A DNA stretch of 64,000 bases from Candidatus Muiribacteriota bacterium (GCA_051747805.1 JBNJGP010000002.1:7608-71607), one strand, 5' to 3'; shown: positions 1 to 10,597, numbered from the stretch's first letter. Numbers and translations are program-made. The notes: generated from the letters alone by a model not told the origin.

Positions 1-1434
1 TCTGAAATTGTTTTTATTATGATTAAAGTTACTTCTCAGGCGCGAGCTTTTATCGCGGGTTTGATGAGCAAAGGCTGATTGGCCAAAAACATCTCTTCTA
101 TCCCATCTGTTTGAAAAACGCGTATTTCTGCCGAAGTTTTTATTCAGGGTTAATCCTGTCTGATATTCTTTTTTATCATTCCCCTTACTATCATTTGAAT
201 GGTCTACACTGCCTGAAAGATTTACCGTACCAATATAGGGTAAATCATAACTCTGAGTAGAGTAACTTATTCTACCTTCGCGTTTTGTTGCATCAACTGG
301 ATCAGGTCCACCTTCATGGTATTTACCAAAAAGAAAGTTGTAATTTAACCTTAGGTTTTTATTAAAAACTTCAAATCTCTGTGAAGAAAATGTGATTTCA
401 GGCACCTTATCAAATGAACGTATTTCCCCCGGACCATCTACTCTCTTTTTCTCATTCCAGTATAAATTCATGTCAGATAATCGAAATATATTATTATCCA
501 TTCTTCTGGAAAAAGAAGCATTATAATCCAAATCCATTACATTATCCGAACCCTCATATTTTTTAGAAAATAAACCAGTATTAATTCTATAGCTTCCCTT
601 TGAAAAATTATCTGATTTTCTGATTCTAATATTATCGGTTTTTCTACTACTATCCGCGCTTTGAAAATGATTTGTATTAATGTTTAACTTTCCTGATTTA
701 TCACTTCCCGTATTAAAATCATGCGAAGTTGATAATGTTTTTGAACCTTTTACAGAATAATCATAGGTAATTGTTCCTTTTGAATTTTCTCTAAGCAAAT
801 AATTATAGGTAAGTTTCAACCATAACCCGCGGGAACTTGAATATCCATATTTATGTTCCAAATCTTCTCTTTCTGGTCTTATATCAATTTTATACTGACT
901 TCCGCTGAACATAGTGCGATCCAGTATTCTATACCTCATATTATAAGCATAGATAATCCTATCCGGAATAACCTCAATTCTTTCTGCCTCCATATAATAA
1001 TGTGGTTCATCAAGATCACAGGTAGTCCATACCACATCCTCGGCCTCTATTTTACGAACCGATATATGAATTTTTTCTGCATAAATAAGGCTCTCATTTC
1101 TTACAAGCAATCCATTTTCAATATAACCTTCTCCTGTTTTATGAGAATATTCAAGATAATCTCCTGTTGTACGGTCGGTTCCCTGCCAGAATATTACATT
1201 ACCAACTGCAAAAACCTTGTCATTTTCAATGTCAAACTGAATATTATCAGCAAAAATTTCATACTCATCATAAAATATATGTGCCCCATCACGTACAAAT
1301 ATAGTTTCATTATCAGTATGATAATCAACTATTCCACCATATATTACTACTTTATTTTCTTCTGACTGACAATATGTAATAATATAAATTAAAAAAAGAC
1401 AAATAAGGCAGAGTTTAACTTTTTTTGTTTTCAT
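1..1434 (-). CDS. lptD: LPS-assembly outer membrane protein LptD/OstA-like, partial. The N-terminus is in the window and the C-terminus lies beyond coordinate 1
   Basis: Manual translation of the minus strand from ATG at 1432-1434 down to position 1 gives an uninterrupted frame. It starts MKTKKVKLCLICLFLIYIITYCQSEENKVVIYGG (signal peptide). An OstA-like N-domain pattern follows (VRDGAHIFYDEYEIFADNIQFDIENDKVFAVGNVIFWQGTDRTTGDYLEY). The remainder is long, Asn/Ser/Tyr-rich and beta-strand-like. It is missing from the ORF track because its stop lies outside the window. Confidence 0.55.
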   Translation of the reverse strand, partial: MKTKKVKLCLICLFLIYIITYCQSEENKVVIYGGIVDYHTDNETIFVRDGAHIFYDEYEIFADNIQFDIENDKVFAVGNVIFWQGTDRTTGDYLEYSHKTGEGYIENGLLVRNESLIYAEKIHISVRKIEAEDVVWTTCDLDEPHYYMEAERIEVIPDRIIYAYNMRYRILDRTMFSGSQYKIDIRPEREDLEHKYGYSSSRGLWLKLTYNYLLRENSKGTITYDYSVKGSKTLSTSHDFNTGSDKSGKLNINTNHFQSADSSRKTDNIRIRKSDNFSKGSYRINTGLFSKKYEGSDNVMDLDYNASFSRRMDNNIFRLSDMNLYWNEKKRVDGPGEIRSFDKVPEITFSSQRFEVFNKNLRLNYNFLFGKYHEGGPDPVDATKREGRISYSTQSYDLPYIGTVNLSGSVDHSNDSKGNDKKEYQTGLTLNKNFGRNTRFSNRWDRRDVFGQSAFAHQTRDKSSRLRSNFNHNKNNFR

Positions 1435-1435
1435 A

Positions 1436-2644
1436 TTAAAAAAATTCACTGTGCAGATTCTCTAATACCTTTCGAAAATTTTCGGCCGGAATGACAAAAC
1501 TGAGTTTTATATCAGAATAATTCATCATATAAATTTTGGCCTCACAATTTTTAACAACTTTCATAATTTTTACTGAAGCATGAGTATTATTTCTTAGTCT
1601 TTCTCCAACCACCGTTATTTTTGCAATATCAAGATTATAATTTATTTCTTTAAAGTCTATATCATCTTTCAGCTTATTCAAAGCAGAAACAGCACTTAAA
1701 ACTTTTGAGCGGGGCATAGTAAAAGAAATATTAAATTTGTCATCTTTTATAACCTCATTAAGCATATCAAATGAAACATTCAAATTATCAAGCAGCGCAA
1801 AAACTTTATACATTGCTTCAGCCGGATTTATTATACCTGTAATTTCTACTCTCGCCTCATCCAGTGTATGTACAATACCTGTTATTTCATAATTTTCCAT
1901 AGAACCTTCTTTGCAGATAACAGTAGCCTCTGTTTTTTTAAAAGTGGATAAACAATTAACTTTAATATTATGTTTTCTTGCTATTTCAACAGCCCTGTGA
2001 TGCAGTACCCTGGCACCACTAAAAGCAAGCTCTTTCATTTCTTCATAACTTAACTTATCAATTTTTAAAGCATTTTTTAAAATTTTGGGGTCACCGGTAT
2101 AAACACCATCAATATCGCTGTATATATCACATTCCTTAATTCCCATTGCTGCAGTAATCGCTAAGGCCGTTGTATCCGTTCCTCCTCTTCCCATAAGCAT
2201 AACTTCATCAAAATTATTTATCCCCTGATACCCAGGAACCACACAGACATTATATTCTTTTAAAAACTGCCTGATTTTTTCTGTTTTAACCTTTTTTATT
2301 CTGCCTTCCAGATAATCATTTTCAAGTTCAAAAATATTATAGGGAAGTAAAACACCAGCCTTTATTTTTATTTTTTTTAACGCCATTGCAAAAAAAGCAG
2401 CACTCTGGATTTCTCCTGTACTCACCAGTAAGGCAAGCTCTCTTGAAGACTCATAATTTTTATAAAAAATTTTCGCCCCGGCAAAAAGCGAGTCTGTTAA
2501 ATTACCCCGCGCCGAAACTGTTACAATAATTTTTAAATCAGGATTATTATTTATTTTTTTTTTTATAGTTTCCGCAATCCTTATCAGAAATCTATTTTCG
2601 GCAAGTGAAGAGCCGCCATATTTCCTTACCTCTATTCTTCCCAT
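1436..2644 (-). CDS. lysC: Aspartate kinase
   Basis: N-terminus VRKYGGSSL is the amino-acid-kinase fold. It contains GRGGTDTTA and has C-terminal ACT-like regulatory repeats. Confidence 0.9.
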   Translation of the reverse strand: MGRIEVRKYGGSSLAENRFLIRIAETIKKKINNNPDLKIIVTVSARGNLTDSLFAGAKIFYKNYESSRELALLVSTGEIQSAAFFAMALKKIKIKAGVLLPYNIFELENDYLEGRIKKVKTEKIRQFLKEYNVCVVPGYQGINNFDEVMLMGRGGTDTTALAITAAMGIKECDIYSDIDGVYTGDPKILKNALKIDKLSYEEMKELAFSGARVLHHRAVEIARKHNIKVNCLSTFKKTEATVICKEGSMENYEITGIVHTLDEARVEITGIINPAEAMYKVFALLDNLNVSFDMLNEVIKDDKFNISFTMPRSKVLSAVSALNKLKDDIDFKEINYNLDIAKITVVGERLRNNTHASVKIMKVVKNCEAKIYMMNYSDIKLSFVIPAENFRKVLENLHSEFF

Positions 2645-3522
2645 ATATTTAACCCGATTGAATCAGCCCTGAAATTATAAGTATCAAAATTTATCTGATT
2701 TTTTAAATAAAGTTTGCAAATTCTTTCCACGCAATTTTTTAATTTTTTTGTTTCTCCAACTATAATTACTCCACAATCATTTTTTAAAAAACCTACTCCG
2801 CTTACCCTGGTAACTTTTCCTATAAGATTAATTTTATCTGCAAATGGAATAATTCCAGAACAACTAGTGTAATTCAGCTTATCCTGAAAACAAGTTGATA
2901 AAAGTTCACTTGAACCTGTATATACAGAACTGACAAAAATTCCTGATTTAGAAACAGAATCAGACACAAAATCTTTAGAAAACTTTTTATGAATTTCAAC
3001 AGGGTAACAGTCAGATTTTTTTCTTATTATACTCACGCCCCATTTTTCAGGCCATTTCAAAGTAAGAAAATTCTTTTTATCTCTGTCCACAAGCCCTAAA
3101 TCACCCATAAGCGAAGAAACTGCACATTCTATGGAATCGGTTATTCTTTTAAAAAATTTTAACATTTTTTCTTCGTCCATATTCAAATTATAGGCAAGGT
3201 CAACAACTTTTATAATTCCCACCATAAATACTTCCATTAAGTTTAAAAACCTAAGACCTTCAAGTTCACACTTAAACTCAATTTCAATACACTTTGAAGA
3301 AAGCATTTTATTTTTTTTTATAAATTTATAAACTCTATCTGCATTAAATTGAAGCTCTGAAATAAAATGAGTGCTTAATTTTTTAGTATAGTAAATTTTA
3401 ATTCCTTCTTCTTTAGTATTTATTTCAAGTATTTTAATATTCACATAATGGTCAAGTGCCAGAGCAAAAGTATCAAAACCTGGTCCTATCATTATAGAGC
3501 ATGGAATAGATATATTAATCAT
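2632..3522 (-). CDS. GHMP-family kinase, homoserine kinase-like
   Basis: N-terminal [18 protein letters not shown] matches the ThrB PxxSANLGPGFD motif. The Gly/Ser-rich ATP motif is degenerate ([12 protein letters not shown]). It sits next to lysC. Confidence 0.5.
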   Translation of the reverse strand: MINISIPCSIMIGPGFDTFALALDHYVNIKILEINTKEEGIKIYYTKKLSTHFISELQFNADRVYKFIKKNKMLSSKCIEIEFKCELEGLRFLNLMEVFMVGIIKVVDLAYNLNMDEEKMLKFFKRITDSIECAVSSLMGDLGLVDRDKKNFLTLKWPEKWGVSIIRKKSDCYPVEIHKKFSKDFVSDSVSKSGIFVSSVYTGSSELLSTCFQDKLNYTSCSGIIPFADKINLIGKVTRVSGVGFLKNDCGVIIVGETKKLKNCVERICKLYLKNQINFDTYNFRADSIGLNIWEE

Positions 3523-4979
3523 TTGAGCCTGAAATCTTTATAAAAATTAACTTTAGGTTTTCTTGCCGCCAGCACATCATTTACTCTTTTCACCGGAGTA
3601 TTTTGAGGGGCATTTTTTACTTTTTCCGGACTATTATAACACTCATGATAAATTTCAATCATCACATCGCAAAATTCATCTATTGTTTCTAAAGTTTCAG
3701 TTTCAGTTGGTTCAATCATTAAGGCTTCCTCAACTATAAGCGGGAAATACATGGTTGGAGCATGGTAACCATAATCCAGCAATCTTTTTGCCATGTCCAT
3801 TGCAGTTACCCCAGTTTCTTTTTTTATTTTTTTAGCTGATATAACGAATTCATGCATACAGCTTCTATCAAATTTCAAATAATAATAATCTTTTAACCTG
3901 TTGAGCATATAATTAGCATTAAGTACGGCCATTTCGGACGTTTTTTTAAGTCCTTCGGCTCCCAGCATCCGGATATATGTATATGCTTTTATATAAACAT
4001 TAAAATTACCATAAAAAGCATGTACTTTCCCTATCGAATCCTCGAGATTATAAAAAAAAGCATATTTATTGTTATCACCTTTTTTAAGGACAGGAACAGG
4101 CAAAAAATTTTTCAACCTTTCCTTTACTGTAACCGGGCCGCTACCGGGTCCACCTCCGCCGTGAGGAGTTGAAAAAGTTTTATGAAGGTTTAAATGCACT
4201 ATATCAAACCCCATATCTCCTGGTTTGACCTTTCCCATAACAGCATTAAGATTAGCCCCATCATAGTATAACAAAGCGTCTTTTTCATGAAATATCTCTG
4301 AGATTTCAACAATATTCTCATCATAAAGCCCGAGCGTATTGGGATTGGTTACCATAAACCCGGCTGTATTATCATCAACAACCTCTTTAAGTTTTTCAAT
4401 ATCAATTCCACCTTTTTTATTCGACGGTACCTCTACAACTTCAAACCCCGCAATTGTAACGCTTGCAGGATTTGTTCCGTGGGCTGAATCCGGAATAATT
4501 ATTTTATTTTTAGCCTTATTACCCTTTTTTTTATGATAATTTCTTATAATATGTAATCCGGTCATCTCCCCGGAAGCCCCGGCCACAGGTTGAAGCGAAA
4601 CATCATCCATTCCGGTAATTTCCTTTAAATATTCTCCAAGCTCAAACATAATTTCTAGATTACCCTGAACAAAGTTTTCAGGAGTTAATGGGTGGGAGTT
4701 GATAAATTCCTCAAAAAGAGCAACTCTTTCGTTAATTTTTGGGTTATATTTCATCGTACATGAGCCAAGGGGATAAAATCCTTCATCAACAGAAAAATTT
4801 TTCTTTGAAAGATTAAAATAATGTCTTACAACTTCGTTTTCTGCTACTTCAGGAAAATCCTTGTTTAAGTCTATTAAGTTCTGGGGAATATTACTTATAT
4901 TATTATTATTTGTTTTTATTCTATAGGTAGATGAGTCAGGGCTATTTTTTTCAAAAATTAATTTATTTTTTTGCTTCAT
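3519..4979 (-). CDS. gcvPB: Glycine dehydrogenase (decarboxylating) subunit 2
   Basis: [10 protein letters not shown] motif and a PLP-dependent fold. It overlaps gcvPA by 4 nt. Confidence 0.9.
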   Translation of the reverse strand: MKQKNKLIFEKNSPDSSTYRIKTNNNNISNIPQNLIDLNKDFPEVAENEVVRHYFNLSKKNFSVDEGFYPLGSCTMKYNPKINERVALFEEFINSHPLTPENFVQGNLEIMFELGEYLKEITGMDDVSLQPVAGASGEMTGLHIIRNYHKKKGNKAKNKIIIPDSAHGTNPASVTIAGFEVVEVPSNKKGGIDIEKLKEVVDDNTAGFMVTNPNTLGLYDENIVEISEIFHEKDALLYYDGANLNAVMGKVKPGDMGFDIVHLNLHKTFSTPHGGGGPGSGPVTVKERLKNFLPVPVLKKGDNNKYAFFYNLEDSIGKVHAFYGNFNVYIKAYTYIRMLGAEGLKKTSEMAVLNANYMLNRLKDYYYLKFDRSCMHEFVISAKKIKKETGVTAMDMAKRLLDYGYHAPTMYFPLIVEEALMIEPTETETLETIDEFCDVMIEIYHECYNSPEKVKNAPQNTPVKRVNDVLAARKPKVNFYKDFRLK

Positions 4980-6313
4980 TTTAACTCCTTATCAATTTTA
5001 AAATTTAATTTTTTAAGCTTATCGTCGTTTATTTTTTCGGTTGCACAAATAAGGAGACAGTTATTAAATTTATTAAAAAATTTCCAGAGCGGTACTCCTA
5101 AAATTATTTTCTCACTTAAAAGGGTTTCATAAAGCTTTTCCGCCTTTTCATGATAAAGTACAAACTCGTTAAAAAATGGTCCCTCAAAAACCCTTTTAAA
5201 TCCCTTTTTTAAAAACATACCCAATAATTCCTGCCCCTTTTCAATATTAATCAGGGCTAAATTTTGCATTCCCTCTCTGCCAAGAAGGCTCATAAATATA
5301 GTTGCACGGGTAGCACAGAGAGCTTGATTAGAACATATATTTGAAGTGGCCTTTTCTCTTCGTATATGCTGTTCTCTAGTTTGAAGCGTCAGAGAAAATG
5401 TTCTGTTTCCCTCACTATCCTCGGTTAATCCAACAATTCTTCCGGGCATTTTTCTTAAAAATTTTTTTCCTGCAGCCAAAAACCCAAGTGCTGGTCCACC
5501 AAAATTTGGATAATTACCAAGCATCTGACCTTCGCCGGTTATTATATCAAAAGAATAATGTTTTGCATTTTTAAGAATAAACTGACTTACAGGGTTAACA
5601 CATCCAATAAAAATAAATTTTTTTTCTTCTTTTAAGCTACTTATTAAATCCAATTCTGTTTCCAGTTGTCCAAAAAAATTCGGATTCTGAATAACTACAG
5701 CAGCAGCCATTTCAAGCGGTTCATTTTTTAGATATTCAATATCAACTGTACCGTTTTTGTTGAAAGGAATCTTTATGAGATTAACTTCCCAGCTTGATAA
5801 ATAAGTTTTTACAACTTCATAATAATAAGGATTTAAATTTTCAGGAATATAAATACGGTCAGCTTTTTTCCTGGAATTAACTGCCATAATACAAGCCTCG
5901 GCCAGAGAAGAGGCCCCATCATACATAGAAGCATTTGAAGCCTCCAGCCCAGTAAGCTCAGTAATAAAACTCTGAAACTCATAAATTGTCTGTAATGTCC
6001 CCTGACTCACTTCGGCCTGATAAGGTGTGTAGGCTGTATAAAATTCACCTCTTGAAGAAATTTCATCAACCACCGCCGGAACATAGTGATCATATATTCC
6101 AGCCCCTGTTAGAGAAATAATATCTGATAAATTTTTTTTGCTTTTAGATTTCAGAAGGTTAAATACTTCCATTTCGGTTAAAGGAGCCGGAAGTGAATTT
6201 TTTTTATCTGAATTTTGCCTCGCAATCTCCTTGAAAAAAAAATCAACATTTTTTTTCTGGAGTTTATGAAGCATTTTCTGGCTGATTTCCTGTGAATGAG
6301 GAAAAAAGGTCAT
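4976..6313 (-). CDS. gcvPA: Glycine dehydrogenase (decarboxylating) subunit 1
   Basis: [14 protein letters not shown] motif typical of P-protein subunit 1. Confidence 0.9.
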   Translation of the reverse strand: MTFFPHSQEISQKMLHKLQKKNVDFFFKEIARQNSDKKNSLPAPLTEMEVFNLLKSKSKKNLSDIISLTGAGIYDHYVPAVVDEISSRGEFYTAYTPYQAEVSQGTLQTIYEFQSFITELTGLEASNASMYDGASSLAEACIMAVNSRKKADRIYIPENLNPYYYEVVKTYLSSWEVNLIKIPFNKNGTVDIEYLKNEPLEMAAAVVIQNPNFFGQLETELDLISSLKEEKKFIFIGCVNPVSQFILKNAKHYSFDIITGEGQMLGNYPNFGGPALGFLAAGKKFLRKMPGRIVGLTEDSEGNRTFSLTLQTREQHIRREKATSNICSNQALCATRATIFMSLLGREGMQNLALINIEKGQELLGMFLKKGFKRVFEGPFFNEFVLYHEKAEKLYETLLSEKIILGVPLWKFFNKFNNCLLICATEKINDDKLKKLNFKIDKELK

Positions 6314-6702
6314 TAGTCCTCCTCTTCCTGCAATTTCTCCATATAAAGTTTATAATCAGATTCATCCATCAGCTCTTCTATTTCTTCAGAATCTTTTATT
6401 TTAATTTTATAAATCCAGCCTTCTTTAAAGGCGTCCTCGTTAATAGTTTCAGGAGCATCTTCAAGTTCTTCATTAACTTCCGTTATTTCACCGCTTAAAG
6501 GAGCATAATAGTCAGTTACTGTTTTAACTGATTCAATACTGCCTATTTCTTCACCTTTGCTGAACTCATCCCCTGGTTCAGGAACTTCAACAAAAACAAT
6601 ATCACCAAGTTCATTTTGAGCATAGTCACTTAAACCAACAGTAGCAACATCTCCATTTAATTCAACCCATTCATGTGTTTTAGTAAAATATAACCCTGCC
6701 AT
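6313..6702 (-). CDS. gcvH: Glycine cleavage system H protein
   Basis: [10 protein letters not shown] motif and lipoyl-lysine region [16 protein letters not shown]. The start is reassigned to the MAGLYF ATG at 6702 because an AGGAGG RBS lies 6 nt upstream. The 6750 start given by the ORF track is probably upstream read-through. The C-terminus has an acidic tail. Confidence 0.9.
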   Translation of the reverse strand: MAGLYFTKTHEWVELNGDVATVGLSDYAQNELGDIVFVEVPEPGDEFSKGEEIGSIESVKTVTDYYAPLSGEITEVNEELEDAPETINEDAFKEGWIYKIKIKDSEEIEELMDESDYKLYMEKLQEEED

Positions 6703-6781
6703 TTGCACCTCCTGATAATATATGCCGTAAAAAAAACGCTCCCACGGCAAGTTAATAAATTATAACCACCTTTAAATATTT

Positions 6782-7900
6782 TTACAATATATCACAAACG
6801 CTTGTCAACTTAGTTTTTTTCTTAAAGGGAAACTTACGTGTTCTAGCTTTAAGCATTTTTTTTCTTACTTTTACTTCAAAAAAATTTTTAGGTTTTGAAA
6901 ATCCCTTGTCCACATAAGCAAGGGCAAGTGTTTTAGACAAGGTTGGTGATTTTGTTCCAGACGTAACTTCCCCTATTTTTTTCCCTTCCTTGAAAATTTC
7001 ATGCCCTTTTCTTGCCAAACCGCCTTTATCAAGAATTTCTACTGCGCATAACCTCTTTTTTATCCCCTTGATCTTCTGCTTTAAAAGTGCCTCTTTTCCA
7101 TTAAACTCTTTATCAAAGTCAACTGTCCATTTAAGTCTGGCCTCAAGCGGAGTTGTATCTTCATTGAGCTCATTGCCATATAACATCAACCCTGCTTCAA
7201 AGCGCAATGTATCTCTTGCACCAAGTCCCGCCGGTTTTAAGTTAAATTGGGCTCCTGCTTCAAAAATTTTTTTCCAGAGTTCATCAGCCTTATCTAGTTG
7301 AGTAAAATAAATTTCAAATCCATCTTCTCCTGTATATCCAGTTCTGGAAACAACTGCCTCTACTCCTGCAAAGTTTGTTTTTATGAATTTAAAAAAACCT
7401 ATATTATCAACACATATATCCTCTTCTAAAAGCTTATTTACTATAAAAGCGGCATTAGGTCCCTGTATTGCAAGTTGACCATATTTCTCTGTTTCATTTC
7501 TAACTTCTACATCAAATATTTTGCTTATTTTTTTAATATGTTTAAAATCTTTTTCTACATTAGCTGCATTAACAACAAGCAAAAAATTATTTTCAGAAAA
7601 TTTATATACCAGCAAGTCATCTACACAAGTTCCATTTTCTTTACAGATAGGGGTGTACAAAGCCTCATTTTGTTTCATTTTATAAACAGAATTAGTTACT
7701 AAATAATCAGTACATTTCTGGGCCTGTTTTCCCTTAATTGTAATTTCTCCCATATGCGACACATCAAAAACACCCGCACTTTCCCTTACATTATGATGTT
7801 CTTTAATAATTCCTTCATACTGTACAGGAAGCTTCCAACCGTAAAAATTAACAAATTTGCCATTATACTTTTTATGACTTTCATAAAATGGTGTTTTCAT
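6782..7900 (-). CDS. gcvT: Aminomethyltransferase (glycine cleavage T protein)
   Basis: WKLPVQYEGIIKEHHNVRESAGVFDVSHMGEI is a canonical GcvT N-terminus. The C-terminus carries a lysine-rich extension of about 25 aa. Confidence 0.9.
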   Translation of the reverse strand: MKTPFYESHKKYNGKFVNFYGWKLPVQYEGIIKEHHNVRESAGVFDVSHMGEITIKGKQAQKCTDYLVTNSVYKMKQNEALYTPICKENGTCVDDLLVYKFSENNFLLVVNAANVEKDFKHIKKISKIFDVEVRNETEKYGQLAIQGPNAAFIVNKLLEEDICVDNIGFFKFIKTNFAGVEAVVSRTGYTGEDGFEIYFTQLDKADELWKKIFEAGAQFNLKPAGLGARDTLRFEAGLMLYGNELNEDTTPLEARLKWTVDFDKEFNGKEALLKQKIKGIKKRLCAVEILDKGGLARKGHEIFKEGKKIGEVTSGTKSPTLSKTLALAYVDKGFSKPKNFFEVKVRKKMLKARTRKFPFKKKTKLTSVCDIL

Positions 7901-8035
7901 ATTTTCTCCCCTTCAGGCAATTCTAAATAAAATCATAATTATTTACTTAATTCTGATAAATTTATTCTAAAATTTTTAGTGGTCCAGCTTAGAATTGCTC
8001 TTTTAAAATTGTTTTAAGGCTAATAAAGTTGCCAT

Positions 8036-9391
8036 TTAAAATGAATGAACACATTCTTCATTAACATCATGTACAGCTTCCATAATCGCTTCCGACATAG
8101 TTGGATGAGCTTTAACTATTTCTGCCCATTCCTTAATTTTCATCCCGGAGGCCATAGCAGTTACAGGTTCTGCTATAAGCTCTGATACTTTAGCACCGAG
8201 CATATGCACACCAAGTATATTATTATTTATGTCTCCTATAATTTTAACAAACCCTTCTTCTTCACGTCCAGCCAGAGCTTTTCCCAGAGCAGAAAATTTA
8301 AAATAACCTTTTTTAATATTTATATTTTCTTTTACAGCTTCTTCCTCTGTCAGACCACACCATGAAACCTCAGGCAGAGAATAAACACAACTGGGTATAT
8401 GCTTATAAAGAAATTTTTTATCTTCCTTTCCTCTTAAATGGTCAATAAGAAAAGAAGCTTGAGCAGATGCCACATGGGCAAGCTGTTTCCAGCTCACTAA
8501 ATCTCCTATAGCATATATATTCTCAGCTGAAGTTTCAAAACAGTCATTTACTTTAATGAAATTTTTATTTTTTTCCAGACAAATATCAACGCCGTCACAA
8601 GAGGGGATTCTTCCAGCAGCTATAAGCAGTTTTTCTGCATTTATAGTTTTATTACCTTCAATCTGAACATTAACTTTATTATCTTCTTTTTTTACGTTTA
8701 AAACTTTTTTTTTGGTTAATATTTTGATTTTCTTCTTTTTAAGTGAGGTTTTTAATTTTTTCGCCAGCTCTTTATCTGCAAAAGGAATAAGCTCTGAGGC
8801 CATTTCTACAATAGTTACTTTACACCCAAAAGAACTCCAGAGAGAGGCAAATTCAATTCCAATAACACCTCCACCAATTATAACTGCACTTTCTGGTATG
8901 TAATTAAGATTTAAAGCATGATCACTGTTAATTATTTTATCCCCGTCAGTTGAGGCAAAAGGCATCTCCTGGGGAACACTTCCAGTTGCCAGGATTATTT
9001 TTTCCGCCTTAAATTCTTCTCCGCCTTCAGTTATTATTTTTTTTCCTTGTTTTAAAAAAGCCTTTTGAGGAATATATTTAATTTTTCTCTTTTTTATCAA
9101 AAAATGTATTCCTTTTCTCAGTTTATTAACAATTTCATCTTTTTTACTGAACATAGTTTTATAATCTGCACAAAATTTTTCAACATTAATACCAAAATCA
9201 GATGCTTTTTTTATTTTTAAAAAAAGGTCTGCCGATGCCAGTAATGCCTTGGTGGGAATGCAACCCCTGTTTAAACAGGTCCCTCCAATATGTTCTTTTT
9301 CAAAAAGAATTACGTTCATTCCATGTATTGCGGCTTTTATTGCAGCTGTATAACCACCGGGGCCTCCACCTATTACAGCAATATCATACAT
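8036..9391 (-). CDS. lpdA: Dihydrolipoyl dehydrogenase (E3 / L-protein)
   Basis: YDIAVIGGGPGGYTAA FAD motif, GTCLNRGCIPTK redox-active disulfide, and a second NAD-binding GGGVIGIE motif. Confidence 0.9.
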   Translation of the reverse strand: MYDIAVIGGGPGGYTAAIKAAIHGMNVILFEKEHIGGTCLNRGCIPTKALLASADLFLKIKKASDFGINVEKFCADYKTMFSKKDEIVNKLRKGIHFLIKKRKIKYIPQKAFLKQGKKIITEGGEEFKAEKIILATGSVPQEMPFASTDGDKIINSDHALNLNYIPESAVIIGGGVIGIEFASLWSSFGCKVTIVEMASELIPFADKELAKKLKTSLKKKKIKILTKKKVLNVKKEDNKVNVQIEGNKTINAEKLLIAAGRIPSCDGVDICLEKNKNFIKVNDCFETSAENIYAIGDLVSWKQLAHVASAQASFLIDHLRGKEDKKFLYKHIPSCVYSLPEVSWCGLTEEEAVKENINIKKGYFKFSALGKALAGREEEGFVKIIGDINNNILGVHMLGAKVSELIAEPVTAMASGMKIKEWAEIVKAHPTMSEAIMEAVHDVNEECVHSF

Positions 9392-9405
9392 AATAAATTC
9401 TCCTT

Positions 9406-9858
9406 TTACTCGACTAAAATAAGAGCCTGATCCTTTAAAACAGGCGAAGCATTATCAAGTAGTATATCAGAAACTTTTCCGCTGAAACTTGATTTAATTT
9501 CATTCATAACCTTCATGGATTCGATGATACATACAACCTGCCCCTCTTTAATAACATCTCCTATCTCAACAAAAGGTTTTGCCTCAGGACTGGAAGCCCT
9601 GTAGAAATTACCATGTATTGGACTTTTTATTTCTTTATATTTTTTATTTGTATGAGGTTTTTCAGGGACTATTTTCTCTTCAGGCTCCATTTTTTCCAAT
9701 TCTTTTTTCTTTAATAAACCTTCTGAATTTACTTCTTTTAAAATAGTATCTTTTTTTTCAAGATTAATTTCAAAATCTTTATTCTTATAATATAATCTTG
9801 AAAGTCCGTTCTGAGAAAATATATCAAAAAAAGCTTTTAATTTTTTGCTGTCATCCAT
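9406..9858 (-). CDS. Biotin carboxyl carrier protein (biotinyl domain)
   Basis: C-terminal IESMKVMNEI matches the EAMKMMN biotinylation motif. A Pro/Glu-rich linker precedes it. No accC or carboxyltransferase gene is adjacent. Confidence 0.7.
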   Translation of the reverse strand: MDDSKKLKAFFDIFSQNGLSRLYYKNKDFEINLEKKDTILKEVNSEGLLKKKELEKMEPEEKIVPEKPHTNKKYKEIKSPIHGNFYRASSPEAKPFVEIGDVIKEGQVVCIIESMKVMNEIKSSFSGKVSDILLDNASPVLKDQALILVE

Positions 9859-10418
9859 TATTTAATTCCTCCAATTCCTTGATTAAGCTCTACAAAATCT
9901 AAATTTTCAACTCCAAACTCAAGTGCTATATCTACATCAGGAAAACATAAGTCTATTCTATTCCCCTTAATTTGACCGCCAATATCCGCAGCAAAGGCAA
10001 GCCCATAATTTTGCACATAAACAATAGAACCAAGGGCAACATTTGTTGGGTCAACAGCTATAAGACCATATTGGGCAAATAAATCTGTGTAAGTATATCC
10101 ATCTGCCCATACGCCGCAGGATTCCTCGCCTGGAGTATAGGCTGTCGCAAGAACAGTTCTAGTTTCTGAAAATTTCCACGAGTTAAAATCTGAATGAAAT
10201 ACAGCATCTACAAGAATTTTTTTTATTTCATTACCATCATTTTTCACTTTATAATATTCAAATAACTCACCTGAAAGATTTTCACGATCAATTGTCATCT
10301 GTTTTTTAATAAAAAAGGAATTATGTTTTAAATATTCAGACTCAGCCGGTTTTTCTGATAATAGATTAAAATAAATTATTCCGAATGCTATAATAAAAAC
10401 CGAAAACAAAAATTTCAT
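9858..10418 (-). CDS. 3D-domain (MltA-like) cell-wall-associated protein with signal peptide
   Basis: Region TAYTPGEESCGVWADGYTYTD...GLIAVDPTNVALGSIVYV...ADIGGQIKGNRIDLCFPD contains the three conserved Asp residues of the 3D domain. The N-terminus is hydrophobic. Confidence 0.6.
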   Translation of the reverse strand: MKFLFSVFIIAFGIIYFNLLSEKPAESEYLKHNSFFIKKQMTIDRENLSGELFEYYKVKNDGNEIKKILVDAVFHSDFNSWKFSETRTVLATAYTPGEESCGVWADGYTYTDLFAQYGLIAVDPTNVALGSIVYVQNYGLAFAADIGGQIKGNRIDLCFPDVDIALEFGVENLDFVELNQGIGGIK

Positions 10419-10597
10419 TATTAGTCCTCAAAATCAGCAGCAATTCACAATTTACCCGAAATCCTTTATTGATAAGGCCCGCACACTTGGCTTTTTCGCA
10501 AAGTGTTGTTGTCACAGCCCCCTTAAAAAAAAGATTTTTCTCTTTTTTCATTGAGAATTACTGTTCAAAATAATTTTCTTTTAAAGTTATGCGGACA

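Noticed and set aside
853-1365. 170-aa plus-strand ORF
   Set aside because: It lies antisense inside the continuous LptD-like reading frame. Its composition is low-complexity (Phe/Ile/Asn/Tyr-rich), typical of a shadow ORF in AT-rich DNA. It has no RBS.
4339-4536. The many 60-120-aa plus-strand ORFs, e.g. 4339..4536, 6292..6498, 6990..7301, 26608..27033, 32718..33080, 56174..56470 and 60733..61017
   Set aside because: All of them are antisense to well-supported minus-strand genes. They are compositionally biased (Phe/Ser/Ile/Leu) and lack start-site signals. I regard them as shadow ORFs.
7901-8035. Possible glycine riboswitch upstream of gcvT
   Set aside because: The spacer is only 135 nt and very AT-rich. 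It lacks the conserved GGAGAG / CUCUGGAGAG / ACCGAAGGGGCAA-type aptamer cores. The only G-rich stretch is the RBS GAAGGGGAG. The inverted CAATTCTAA repeats there are reported separately.
10366-10551. 61-aa minus-strand ORF in the leader of the 3D-domain gene
   Set aside because: It overlaps the start of the 3D-domain gene and the GC-rich hairpin and has no RBS. It is more plausibly untranslated leader RNA, and is flagged only as a control for the riboswitch hypothesis.
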